Part shown: positions 26,789 through 40,100 of the stretch, piece by piece
Position numbering within the stretch: the first letter of the stretch is position 1
Layout of the letters: each line of letters opens with the position of its first letter
Assembly: GCF_000002075.1 (NCBI RefSeq)
Contig: NW_004797276.1
Coordinates: 202,621 to 266,620, forward strand
Direction: 5' to 3'
DNA: 64,000 nt
Origin: Aplysia californica
Taxonomy: Eukaryota
Position numbers and translations under genes: made by a program
The notes under the pieces: model-generated
Seen by the model: only the letters and a program-made list of their open reading frames with translations
Database searches by the model: none
What the model was told of the DNA's origin: nothing

Positions 26789-26944
26789 TGGTTTGCTCCT
26801 TCTTTCCTATCAAACATCTATTGTCCTTATCTCTCCTCCTTTTATGTGTTTGTTACTCTCTTGAAACACTTCTAATCTTTGGCACTTATATGACCTTATA
26901 GTGTTGCAAGTGCCGTAAAACTCCTTTTAAAACTTAACTAAAAC
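26789..26944 (+). mobile_element. ~185-bp retroposon family, truncated copy
   Basis: tttcctatcaaacatcta..ggcactt/aagtgcc stem..ctaaaac tail. Confidence 0.8.
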
Positions 26945-27186
26945 AATGGTTTCATTTATTAAATTAAATATTCATTTTACAGCAATTTACTATCTTGTCA
27001 ACAGTATTAAATTAGTTCAATGTAACATAGCAATGTCAACATGGCACATTCAGAAGGAGAGAAAAAGGTTTGAAAACTGAGAAGTGAGGTAGGGAGAGAG
27101 GGAGGGAGCGGGAGAAAGAGGGAGAAGGTGAGGGGTAGGGGGAGGGAAAAGGAGAAGGGAAGGGAAAGGGAAAGGGGGAGGGAAGA

Positions 27187-27241
<55 letters not shown>

Positions 27242-28165
27242 AAAGATACTGAGAGTGTGTGACATCATGCGTCTTCTCTGTTTGGTTATAATAGAAAGGA
27301 GTTGGTTCTCGCCGTGTGTGGTTTGTCTAAACTAAGACGCTATTTGTTTTATCATGGATGAAGACAGAGAAAACACGCGCTGTTCTGGTGTTGCTGATGA
27401 AGAAAAACGTTTTAAAAAAAGGTCTTGTCACTTTCGCCCGCTTACTAAAAGGGACACCGTTTTTGTTTTTAACCGTAGGTGTTATTTTACTCCACTTCCA
27501 ACATAATTTGATCATCTAGAAGACCTGTCTGCCCTGGCCAATCCGGGCTAAGTGGGATACAGCATTCCAACAGAATGACCGAAATATCAGATACAAACTC
27601 TCCTTTCTGGGAATCGAACTCAGATCTCCTGCAGGCGACGGCTTAGCATTTTATCGCAACATAACGCATGTGGGTAAGCTATTTTTCGGATAAGAATAAT
27701 AGGGAATAGAAGTTTAAGGCCGAGGCTGCTTAAAAGGATTGTATCAATTCATTCCATCTGTAACGGAGGAAAAAAGGCATTAGTGAGTTATTAGCGGGAA
27801 CCACTGGTAGTTCCCACTTCCGGTCTTTCCCTTTGTTGTTTCTATTTGCCTTTCTTGCTTTTTCCTTGTACTAAAGTGGCCGTTGTAGTTTCGGTTTACA
27901 AATATACTTTATTAAAACTCTGACCCCCTCCCCCCTNNNNNNNNNNNNNNNNNNNNNNNNNNNNNNNNNNNNNNNNNNNNNNNNNNNNNNNNNNNNNNNN
28001 NNNNNNNNNNNNNNNNNNNNNNNNNNNNNNNNNNNNGGTGTGTCAGGGGGGCATAGGCCTACCACGAATTTTTCCCCTTTATTGTAAGTTGTACAAAAAT
28101 AATTATATTAGGTTTTGAGATTATCCTCTTGAAAACAAACGAGTTCTTGTGACAATTTTTATTTT

Positions 28166-29035
28166 GAAGTGACTATTCGGACTCGAGTCCGATTAAAGAA
28201 AAATTATAATCGGACTCTGACTCACGTCCAGGATGACATCACTTACGACTTCCTGCTACGTAAAATTCCCCAAGCGACAGTTATATTATGTAACCTCCTT
28301 ACACTCAGTTACTAGATCTAGCCTATCTCTAAACTGGCCCTCTTGGCATCATTAGGCCTAGTAATTAATCACAGTAGGCCTTCAGAACAACCAAGTTGAG
28401 TGGACCATGCCAGGGGCGAAGTTACATATGTTGATCAATGAGATCGCCCGTAACTGATCACGCACTCTAGGCTTGCTGGGGGAAGAGGTATTAGGACGAG
28501 GGCAACGGTAGCCAATTTTGAGTGATTTAATTTTTTTAAAATCAATTAATTGCAGAAAAAGTAGTATAACACACAACAAAATGAAATTTTACATGTGGAA
28601 AGACAAATGGTGGAAGCAATATGATGATGCTGTAGTGGTGGTGGAAGTAATCATGATGCTGCTGTAGTGGTGGTGGAAGTAATCATGATGCTGTTTACTG
28701 GTAGAAGTGCCCAGGGTCGGTTACCATCATGTATGTCAACCTTGAGTTGTTGGTTACAGTGTACGTAGACACTGTCATTATTAGGCAATGAGAGTGAAGT
28801 CTTTTGACTTTTGACACAGTTACACACTCCTAGTAGGGAAATCTAGATCTAGTACTAATTCTGGCTTTACGTAAAATCCCACAACAGCAGTTATATTATA
28901 TTATGTAACCTCCTTACACTCACAACTCACTAAGTTAGAAGCAGAGTCCGAATAAATAAAACTATTTTTTTCAGACCCGTGTCCGAATAGATAAAAAATC
29001 TATGAATTCGGATTCGAGTCCGAATAGAGGTGGCC
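28166..29035 (+). mobile_element. Palindrome-ended non-autonomous element, copy 1
   Basis: Repeated tattcggactcgagtccgaata palindromes at both ends; homologous to 58264-58803. Confidence 0.7.
28609..28694. repeat. ~31-bp minisatellite, ~2.7 copies
   Basis: tggtggaagtaatcatgatgctgctgtagtgg unit. Confidence 0.8.
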
Positions 29036-29332
29036 TTTTCATTTAGTAACCATAGATATAGATCTATGATTATGATGCCATATGACGTCATGTGTTCTGC
29101 AGCCAATTTAGAGCCCTCAAATGTACATCTCTAGTGCAACTGCGTGCCGAAGTAAACATTGTTCTAAATTTGCCAAACGACACTGCTGTATGTAAAAATT
29201 CCTGCTCTTGGTGACATGATGATGGCCGTCTGGAATTCCTTCCCTTCCATAGAGACAGAAATAAGAGGAGTACTAGAGCCTAGATTAGATCTAGAGATCT
29301 AGATCTAGAAATAGATCTATTTAGATCTAGAT

Positions 29333-29466
29333 TACAAGCGGATAATTAGAGAATGTAAGGAGTACGCCATTGGCCGATATTTATAGTTGCACAGCCATCT
29401 TGTTTGACGTCATTGAGGGATTCCCAGTCCCACTTTGTTGTCAGTCATGGTGGCAACACGACCGCA
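29333..29466 (-). promoter_or_regulatory. Candidate promoter/TSS module of gene A (CRE TGACGTCA, YY1-like CAAGATGGC, CCAAT)
   Basis: The minus strand reads TGACGTCAAACAAGATGGCTG...GGCCAAT, oriented toward gene A. It mirrors the copy at 32483-32612. Confidence 0.55.
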
Positions 29467-30880
29467 GCCTGCCGACTCAGATTAGATCTATTTTCTGTGC
29501 AACTTGCAGAACTGTTCGGTTCGGTTGTCTGTGATTATGCAGCACCCTTCTTCCTCCCAGACTGATTCTGAAGCAATACACTAGGCCTATATGTAAATGG
29601 CAGGCGCTATTTGAAACGCCGCATTCTGAATAGCTCCCATGTTATTTGAAATGCCAGTACTAGAATCTACATCTAGTAGCCATCGTTTCTACAAGATAAT
29701 ATTGTAGTTCTGCCTAAATTGTGGAAGCTTTTCAGTTTCTTCTTGATAAACCTCAAAGGATTTGACTACTTTTTTATGATGTTGTCTTATTCCGATCAAT
29801 GTTGGGTAGAATCTAGATCTAGATTAGATCTAACAATTGCGGGATTGCTTCTGACATTGCTTGCACAACATTAGACTAGACGTAGTCTTGTTCATCTCTC
29901 ATAATCATAATCATTTGAGTTTTGAGTTTGAGCAAGGAAGTCGAAAGACGCTTGGAAAACAATAACAAGATGGTGCAACTCGGTATAAGCAGTATTTCCT
30001 GTCCGCAGTGTCGTCTTATAATATATTCTAGATCTACCTAAAAATATTCTCTTTAAGTTAGCCCTAGAGAACGTATACAAGTTATCTACGTTTGCTAGGA
30101 CTAAATCTAATAATGTTCTTCCAAGTGCGGCATTGAATCCCAGTCCCGGAAGGTTTTTTTTCTTCTCCTGAGCCTAAAAAAAAAAAAAAAAAGAAAGAAG
30201 AATTAGACTCACAGGCCAAGGAAAGCCACTATTGAACTTTAACCAGGCTTAAATTGGTAGTAAAAGGAAAAGTATAGGCTATGCTAAGCCCTACTTTGTA
30301 CAGAGCTCCTCTTGGGGACAAAACCAGAATGTGCATGCTTCACCACCAGATCTACATAAAAAAAACCCTACAAAGCAACAAGTTATAATTATGGGGAAAA
30401 TTTGTTGGTCAGTCGAGAAGAGGAAAAAAAATTAAATTTCATGGACCCGGATCGAACCCACGCTCATAAAATAATGGTTTGGCTTCAAACGCAGACGCGC
30501 TGTCACTTCGGCCATCAGAACATCCAACAACGAAAGGTAGATTAAGCTTCATATAGCCTAGGCTAACACACGACGTTTTATTTAGAACTGGCGCTAATCG
30601 CAACGCGGCGTTGCAAATAGTAGGTACCAGAAACTAAATTTTCAAAGTAGCTGTATGCCAAATTTATCTGTTCCATTTGAAAGGCCTACATCCAGTGAGC
30701 ATTTTGGTACCATTCTTCAACCTCTCAGTCAATTTTTAAGAAAATGGTAGTTGTTTAAAATTTGATCAAATCTGTTAAAGTCAGTCACTGGCTGCAACCC
30801 CATGTTTGACAGATCGTAAAAGAGTACCAAGTGCACTAAACATCTCCACATTAACAGAGTACAATCACTATAACAAATTA

Positions 30881-31693
30881 CAGTCAAACCTGTGTAAGAC
30901 GGCCACCCATTGTCAAGGAAAAAAGTGGCCGTATAAGACAGGTGGCCGTCTTAGGCAGGACTGATCAAGAAGAAGAAAAATTATTCCTATCAGAGGTCCC
31001 AATCGAAAGTAGCCGCATTGTTGTTTTTGTTGTTGTTGTTGGTGGTGGTTTGTATTTTGTTTGTAATTTTTATTTTGTTGCTGATTTCGCAAAAGGGTGA
31101 CAATAAAACGAAATGTATCAGACAAGGAAGACCGAGTGCGAAGTAAAAACAAACTCCTGGGTCGCAACCACTCGGAGAACGAGCAACGTTTCTGTCACAA
31201 GTTCATGTTGACGTCCTTTGTTACTTTGTTACAGACTAGGTAAACAGTGACCACTCATCTCACTTACGATTTGTGTTTAAGTTCTGGGCGGGGCTTATGG
31301 GTTATGAGGGATCACACGCTTACCTCACCAGCAGCTGAAAATTGGTAGCTATTGGTCAACAGTAGGAGGGGCCTACGCAACATGATCGGTTGGAGGGACT
31401 ACCTAACAATAGCGACAGAGGATTGAATTATGGCGGCTTTCCCACAACGCCAGGGGCCAAAGCACAATTTATGACTAAACGAAATGGAGTCACTGAGGTG
31501 GCCGTCTTAGACGGGTGTTATTGCTTAGTGTGATAGGGGTTGTGTGTTAAAATAGGGTGGCCGCGGCCGCGTTGGACAGGTGCCCGTTTTACACAGTTAA
31601 ATTATATAGAAAAAACGCAAGGGGGGAAATGGAAAGTGGCCGTTTCTACAGGTGGCCGTCTTATAGAGGTGGCCGTCAGGGCAGGTTCGACTG
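30881..31693 (+). mobile_element. Tc1/mariner (pogo/Tigger-like) MITE, copy 1
   Basis: ta-cagtcaaacctg .. caggttcgactg-ta; subterminal gtggccgtctta repeats. Confidence 0.88.
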
Positions 31694-32482
31694 TATATAT
31701 ATATATAGAGCCTAATTTTTTTCAAGACCGTGAGATCATTACAAATCAGTATTTTATCACCTCAAACACGATGATCTGTCGTTATTTCGACAAAAACACA
31801 GAGCGTTGCCCCGGCCGGCACCGCACCGGTCCTCGCGGCGAGCAAGTCGGCTCTATACTATAGTGTACCCCGCGTGGGGGTCACATGTTTTCCGAGTCTC
31901 GCGGAAGGATTGATGCAAAATAATTCCAAGCTAATTACTTTATTCTAATAAAAAATAAACTGATCTTTTAATTAGATCCTTTTTTGAGCTAGTATTGTAC
32001 ATATTTTGTGTAAAAAAATGATCTTTGAAAACTGTGACGGTATTTTTAAAGGCTTTCTACGCCAAAGGTCAAATAATATATACTACGGGAAAGCCCGTTC
32101 TAAGCTCTACAGTTCTCCACCAATGAAAAGACGGTATTTAATCATCCCTCGTTCCGCGAAGCATTTGAATGCATGCGTGTCAATTTTTGAACCGGCCGAC
32201 CATGCATTCCGACCGTGAGGGGCTTCGCTTTCCTCGGCGATTCTCCAGCTCCTAATAATCGGACATTAAAACGAGGAAAAGCTGAACTTTAACAAGGTGT
32301 ATGGCACTTTGTGTTTTATAGCGAAAGAGCAAAGATCGGAATTACCCCGATTTCACCGATACCGCGCGGTCGGAAGGCCGTGACTGCCCGGCCCGCAAAG
32401 CTGTGTACGCTACCCTACAAATACGCACTTCCTATGTAAATTGAGAAAAAGAAGAAGACTAAGAGTAGGCCTACGTACGTCG

Positions 32483-32612
32483 TGCGGTCGTGTAGCCACA
32501 ATGACAGACAACAAAGTGGGAATCCCTCAATGACGTCAAACAAGATGGCTGTTACTATATAATAATAAATCAGCCAATGGAGTAGCCTACGTTCTCTAAT
32601 AATCCACTTGTA
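32483..32612 (+). promoter_or_regulatory. Candidate promoter/TSS module of gene B (CRE, YY1-like, CCAAT)
   Basis: TGACGTCAAACAAGATGGCTG...AGCCAAT, oriented toward gene B; 36 bp identical to the gene A copy. Confidence 0.55.
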
Positions 32613-33857
32613 CCTGAATTTAGATTCTAGACCTAATCTAGATATCTAGATCTATAAGTACTAGAAGTATACAGTCAGTAGAGTAAGTAGATCTAGATAA
32701 TCTAGATCTAGATCAGTCATTTAGATCTACACAAGATCTAGATCTATCTAGATTTACAGTAGTACACAGGAGCGTGTAACTTGTAACAGAGACATGAAAA
32801 ACAGGAAACAACAGTTGTGATTAGTCCTACCACTTCTGCGATGATAAAGTGTAAAGTGTAGCCTAGAATAGATCAAGGTTGAGCATGAGAAGCAACTTTA
32901 GTTTTACTACTCACTTGTCTTTTCTTCGTGTAGCCACTCAACTTGGCCTGATCTCCTCGCAAGTCTTTACTCTTTCCTTATCATGCCTTGCCTTAAGGAA
33001 TTATTGGAATCTAGAAATCTAGATCTAAAACTAAAAGTAAAAACATATGGAATGTAGTTTCGCCAAGTAAAAAAAGATTGCTCACTTAGGCCTAGTGGTA
33101 CTTCGCAATTTTGAACCAGCAGAGATTTGTTTTTGTTGTTATAAAATCATTTCACGATAGAAATGATATGGCGCGGCTGAAAAGGGTTTATTTGGTTTAA
33201 TTAACTAAAGGAAATGGTAATTGTAGATTCGACGACAGCCCAAACTATATGATCACTCCATTGCCAGCCCATATTCCCCCAAATGGCATGATCATGGACT
33301 TTTTATTATAATACAATTGTATTATTTTATTATATAGGCCCTCGTGCCCTTTGAATAAGATCTGTTTTTGAACTTCATTTTAAGCTTAATTCTTAAGGGA
33401 AGCTTATATCGGGGAGTACTCAGAAAAGGCAAGAAAAATTACTTGACTGGCAAAAATAGTGGAAAGCTACAAACGCTCGATGAGTAGGCCAACGGCCCAT
33501 ATTTGTTTTTCAGGTTTTGGGGGCATTTTGATGATTAATGAAAGAAACGAAAGTACCCGAGAGAACTTGACTTCCGCTTTCGTTTTCAAAGGGAAAAGCT
33601 TTTCTGTTGTCTGTCTTGGGGGTTGTGTTTTTCCAGATAAGACAAGGCTAGATCCAGGCACTAGCTAGGTCACTTGGTACGCGTTAGATCTACTCATTGG
33701 TAAACTATGGCCTAAAAGTGTTTAGCATACTGTCAACACGTTGGCAAGAAAGCTTAATGTTGGAAACATCTTAACCAAGATTGTGAAACCCCGTTTTAGT
33801 GTGTAAGAGTAAGACTAGGGCTAGGGCGTCTAGGTCTAGAGAAGGCCAACTATCATA

Positions 33858-34179
33858 ATGTTTCGTGGGTGCTCCGGCATCGTCATCGTATCATTTATTC
33901 CTGTAATACTATTCATTCTTGGAAACACTTTTGTCGAAGATGATGTCTTGCAACACTATAAACTGAAGCTCACAAGCAGTCTGTGCCTGCTACCGTATGT
34001 TAAGAGCTGTGTTTCCGTTTGCAAAACGCATCATGCTGAGATGGAGAATCAGGTCTCACAACCAAGTTTCTCAAGTGATAACAATGTTGAAGAGCCCCCT
34101 CTCCCCGCACATTCGGACCAAGCGGCTTATGAACTTTGCATGGTTGGATCAAAAGAGGAGAAAGCAAAGAGAAGTGAAG
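33858..34179 (+). CDS. GALNT11: Gene B coding exon 1 (ATG, TM segment, stem)
   Basis: [22 protein letters not shown]...[16 protein letters not shown](G). Donor gtaaat at 34180, phase 1 matching the next exon. Confidence 0.82.
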
Positions 34180-37100
34180 GTAAATTAAAAGCAGCACCTG
34201 TAATGAACATTTATTAGCAGAGGTTACATTCAACATGATAATTAATTGGCTACTTTCTGTTTGAAGTAAGAAAAGTTTAAAAGTGTGTGTAAAGTGTGCT
34301 CATGTTTGTACAGGAGAGTTGAACCAGTCTAAGACGGCCACTACCTGATCATTGTCGAGGAGAATTACGGAAAGTGCCTTTACAATGTAGTAAGGGAGTG
34401 TATACAGACCCGGTAACCGGGAACAAAGTCACAAAGTATACAGACCCGGTAGGGGAACTCTTTTGTGATTTCGGAAAGTTTCAGTGCCCTCTTGGCTCAG
34501 GGTAGACCTAGGTTACTAGGTTCTTCTAGATCTAAATGAAGATTGCGGATGTCTTTTCGATGAACAATCGTTTTTCCTCCGTTTTTGGAGTTGGAGGAAT
34601 CACAATTTGAAGAAAAGAACAATGCATAATTTCAATCGAACAGTGACCCTCTCTATTTCTCTGCTTCTCTCTCTCTCCTCTGTGTATCGCTGGCCTTCTG
34701 TTTTTCTTTGTTTGTCTCTGTCTTTCTCTCTCCCCACCTATTTCCCACTCTATCTTTTTCTCGTTCCCTCCTGCCAACCGGGCATGTCATAGACATATAT
34801 ATATATATNNNNNNNNNNNNNNNNNNNNNNNNNNNNNNNNNNNNNNNNNNNNNNNNNNNNNNNNNNNNNNNNNNNNNNNNNNNNNNNNNNNNNNNNNNNN
34901 NNNNNNNNNNNNNNNNNNNNNNNNNNNNNNNNNNNNNNNNNNNNNNNNNNNNNNNNNNNNNNNNNNNNNNNNNNNNNNNNNNNNNNNNNNNNNNNNNNNN
35001 NNNNNNNNNCTGAAACTTTCCGAAATCACAAAAGATTTCCCCTACCGGGTCTGTATACTTCATGACTTTGTTCCCGGTTACCGGGTCTGTATACACTTCG
35101 ATGTAGTAAAATACAGGGGGGGGAGATGGAGTGGGAAGTAGGCTATTATAATTTAGTAGAGGGAGAGATATTTTATCAATTTAATTAAATATTATTATAA
35201 AATGATTTTCGTAATTTTTATTTGTTGATAGAGCCTATTTAATGTCACAATCAATGACCTGTTATAATTAGCAAATGGTTTTAACTTAATATATTCCAGA
35301 TTCTCCTGAGAAAAAAAAAATGAGATTCATTTTCACAAATATTCATTGGCTTTTTCCCCCCCAAGGTTTTCAACAGCAAGGATTTAACTACTTTGTGAGT
35401 GAAAAGATGAGTTTGGACAGAGCCATCCCAGATACCCGCAGTCCTGTGTTAGTATTTCAAATCATTTGTGTTTCCTTATTATTGTTATTTATTTAGATAG
35501 ATAAAAATAGTTTTCCTTCTTTGTAAGTCCTCTTCCTTCAGGTGGCCACATGATTCTGGTTTTGAAGGACACTCTTATCTTGCAAACAGGACCTGTGAGA
35601 TTTTCGCCCTTATTTGAGAAAGCTAGTTGGTCTTACCTGTATTACGATCAGGTGTGTGATTGAAAAGCATCAGTAGTAGTAGTAGTAAGAGAAGCCAGAA
35701 GTATCAGTAGGCTAGAGTCAGAAGTAAAGGAGAGAGGAGTCCAGAGGTGGCCTGGGTGGGGGAAAGGGAGGGAGAAAGTTGAGATGACAGCAGGTGACTG
35801 AACATGACAAGAGAACAGGAAAGAAAATTTTAAAGAAGGAACATTTTTTCATTGCTCTCAGGTTTCAAACCCAGGACCTTTTGAATGAGAGACAAATGCC
35901 CTGTCAACTTGGCTTTGGACTACTCAAAACTAGCTGAAGTTAAAAAATGTGCTTGGTTCACAACAATTTTCATTTCTCCTGCTTTGGGTGTTTATTTTTC
36001 TGTATTTTCTATAAAAAATAAAAGTAGCTCAGATGTTAGACGCTAATTTTTAAGTCATTTCTTGTCCACGTAAAGGGGCTTCATCTCTGCCTAACTGATA
36101 TCAAGAAGTTGAATATGCTGTTGGCCTCGACTCAGTTTTGAAGAGAATGTAGCCTTTATAAAGGGAACTAGTGAACTTGTCACACGGTGAAGTCGTCACT
36201 GCTGAAAAACGTGTGGCGAGTTCACCAGAAAAAAGGGTCCAAATAACAGTGAACGGCACTCTTCAGGAGAAGTGGTCCCTACCTAACGCCTTACAACTTT
36301 ATACATAGATCTATGTACACTATCGGAAACAAAAACAGAAGTCGAGTAAAAAAAAGCTGGCGTAAAAATGGGTTTGGGCCTTTTCTATAAATTTACCGTT
36401 ATCTGTCTTCCTCCTTTTCTGAGCTTTTTTTCCCTTCCAATCATTTAATCTGATAGAAGGCCTAACTTTTGCTTCACCCTCTGTCGAAGTTGCCCCATTT
36501 CACCCTGTTGAATTTGCACCAGCTTTAAGAGTGAAAAGTATGCGGAGACTGAGTTTTCTGGAGCTTTTTTTAACTAAAAATAGAAACAAGTGGAAGCCTA
36601 GGGAGAACAGATTTTATTTTTAGATATAGAATCAAATGTGCAGCGACGCATGGGTCAAATGATACGCAAAAGCCAAGTCTAGGTTGAGGACGTGTTGAAG
36701 TTTCCTTGAGTCCGAATTTGTCCCAACCTAAGTGACGAGATAACTGTGACGAGATCACTGGAGGTATGTGACGACTTCACCGTGTGACGAGTTCACTGGT
36801 CTGGTATCCTTTTAAAATGATAGAACACACCAAACAATTTTCATTAAAAATGTCAATTTTACTCTCTCTGTCTGTGAATGACATATCCAGCAAATTTAAA
36901 CGCTGTATCAAAGCATGTATTGGCAGTATAATAATTCTAGTATAGAGAGTAATATAAGTATTACATTGTGCAGAGATATTTTAAAGTAACGCTGAATTTA
37001 CTCTTTATTGATGAACTTTACCTAGGCTAGACTACATTTCTTGTGAATCATAATATTATCCTTTGGTTAAAATGTTGAAATGGCAGAATCAGATGGTGGT

Positions 37101-40100
37101 TTCAATCATTGGATCGATAAGAAAAGGTATAAATTGTGTCCTTGAGAAAAGTGCTTTAATGTGATTTCCTCATTTTACCCAGATAACATCTCATCAGACT
37201 TCAGCACTGTGTGTGTGTGAGCGCTCACGCGTGTGCGGGGGTGGTGTGTGTGTGGGGGGGGCTTAGATGGAGACTTAAAAATGAACTGGACAGCTAAGGG
37301 ATTGTTATGAGATTGTGTAAATCTTCATCTTTTAGGGGTACAAGACCACTGTCTGCTCTTAAGCTTGAACTGAAATTATTTTTTTTTTCTCTACAACTCA
37401 ACAGTTGTAAGTCAAAAAAGTACAGAAACCAGTTACCCACTGCGAGTATCGTCATGTGTTTCTACAATGAAGGCTGGTCAACTCTGTTACGAAGTATCCA
37501 CAGCATCCTGAGACAGACCCCAAGTCATTTGCTCAAGGAGATAATTCTTTTGGATGACTCAAGCTCCTATGGTAAAATTAGATATTGAGCGTTTTGCAGT
37601 GAAACAATATAATATATTATATATCTGATCTGTGACTGGGTTGATAAAATATCATGTTTAAAAAGAAATGAAGTTGTACAACTCAACATATGTGTGTAAG
37701 AATATCTGGATTTAGATACACTGTGATAGCCCAACACCACACAGCAATATTTTCATCAGTTTTTTACCTGTTTGCATGTCGACCTTGTTGTGAACAAGTT
37801 TTTTTAGGTGTTTTTAACAGAATTAAGCTGATACATACTTAGACTTAGACTTGTTTTTATCAAGGCTCATGTTTACTCATCCTTCTAAAAGATTTGGGAG
37901 GGAAAAAAGGATTGGAGGGGGGAGGGAGACTCCATTTTGATGCTTGTCTTTTCATTTTAGTATGAAGAAATAGAGAGTACTGAAGTTATAATGTTGTTTT
38001 TTTTGTGGTCCAAAGCTGGAGAGTACATACCAGAGCTGTAAATGGGATCAGCTTCAAAAAGCTTCTTTTCTGCTGAATGCTTTAACTGAACACAATTTGA
38101 ACGGAACAATTAGCATTGAGTGTTTAAGAGCAAGGAAAAGTGAGAAGCAGACATTGAAGCTTTGTTTATTGATAACTTCGTTTATGCACTGTATTTGAAT
38201 TCAGTAGTTTTTTAAAATTGTTATTTCCAACTTCAGTAATGATGTGTGAATTTTAAATAAATTTGTTAAATTAGAAGCTCTAATATTTCAACTGTGGATT
38301 ATTTTCATCTTAACATAAAAATCTTTTTCGTGCAACAGAGATTTCATTGCAGATTCACCTAAAGCAATATTATTATGTTTTGGTAACATAGGTGTGTTTT
38401 CTTGAAATCAAATTCAATTTTCGCCAACAACTCAGCTGGCAAATTTTAGCACTGAAAAGTTTCTGCTAATTAGTTTATCTTAGTTGTTCATTTACTGGAC
38501 TTTTGTATGTTTGGTAATAGTGCAGTATTTATATCTTCAATCAATAGGGTATCTCAAGCGGCCATTAGATGACTACATTGCTTCAAATTTTACAAAAGTC
38601 AAACTTTTTCGGAGTCAAGAACGCCTAGGACTGATTAGAGCCAGAATGGCTGGAGCAAAACATGCAACAGGAGACGTGAGTGTTTTTATGCCTCTCGTTT
38701 ATCATAACAATTTTTAGTGGCAGACATTTCCTTGTTTGTTTCAGTTTAGATCAAATTTGACCTACAAAGACTCTTAAGATATCGTGTTTAAGTCGAGAAT
38801 ATTGTACTGGTTTTTTAGTTTTAGTTTTAGTAGAGATTTTACGGCGCTTCCAACTGCATAAGGTCATATGGGCGCCGAGGGGTGGCGCGGGTGGTTGGCG
38901 GGTGCTCTGGTGTGGTCTGCTTTTTCTTTCCTATCAAACATCTATCGTCTTTATCTCCCCTTCTTCTTTTTTATATTTGTTACTCTCTTGTAACACTTCT
39001 AATCTTCTGGCGCTCATATGACCTTAAATGCAGTTGCGAGCGCCGTAAAACCTCTACTAAAACAACAAGAAAAGGCGGAGGGGTGGATGTCAACAGAAAA
39101 GTCCTTACCCTGCTCACCTCTTTAGCTTCAACAGCTCCAAGTCTGCTTCGACTATCAAGGCGCCTCAGAAATAGCAGGTCATAAGAGTATTACAAATATA
39201 CAGAAGAAATAGAGGTAAATGACGATAGTAAGGATTATGAAAGAAAAAGCAGCAGTTCCTGGTTGCAGTTCAGGCACAGGTATAAGCATGACGTTGATGA
39301 ATCAGCCCATTTACAATTATAATTCTACTGTGCATAAGAACTCGAGATGTTAATGTCCCCCCCCCCCCCCCTGTGGGAATGGCCCTAAAGACCCTTCTGT
39401 TAGTAGCACCGCCCCGGTGGGTGAATGTTTTACTAGATTTACAGCATTATATATATGTAAGGTAATACTCAAAGAAGTGATCATAAGGAGTGGTCTTTCC
39501 TGAGAAGCTGTTATTTCCTGATATAAAGTTTAGACGCCTAGTATACTGGCTTTGGATATTTCATAATTGATTAGGCAAGTCGTTGGAGGGCACTATTGGT
39601 AGGTCTCACTTCATTTCTTTCCTTCTGTTTTTTCTATCTATCTGTCATGCTTCCTCCCTGCACTATATTATGTGAGTCAGCGTGGTGAAATCAGATGCTC
39701 GTCAAAATAACGAAATTTGAGAAACAGGCCTTTTTCTTCCAGTTTGGAAATTTTTATCAAATTTGTATTCTTTGGCTTTACCTCTTTTATGTCCTTATAA
39801 AACACTTTTCCATGTGAATTTCACTGGGAAACGTTGATTAAAGGCACTAAAGATGTCATGTTTCAGTTTTGAAAGACTCTTTAGCTAATGGAGTTACCAA
39901 ACTTTGGCGGCCATTTTCTGGCTAATTTCTTCCTTGAAACCAGACGACCTCACTTTCTTCAATCGCAAATATCTTGAGTTCTACTCAAGATAAAAGGATA
40001 TTTATTTAATTGGAAGCAAGGCGAATAAATCAGCTTCCAGATGATACCAATAACTCCACATGTCCAAAAATTGACAAGCGCCTGATTCCACCGTGTCGTG

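Noticed and set aside
24440-30515. Minus-strand tRNA-like fragments (24440-24570, 27540-27670, 30445-30515)
   Set aside because: Only degenerate B-box remnants, probably old SINE pieces with unclear boundaries
32544-32562. Conserved uORFs starting in the CAAGATGGC motif (MAVTI* / MAVQL*)
   Set aside because: The ATG is part of the YY1-like motif and the peptides are too short to support; the TSS is unknown
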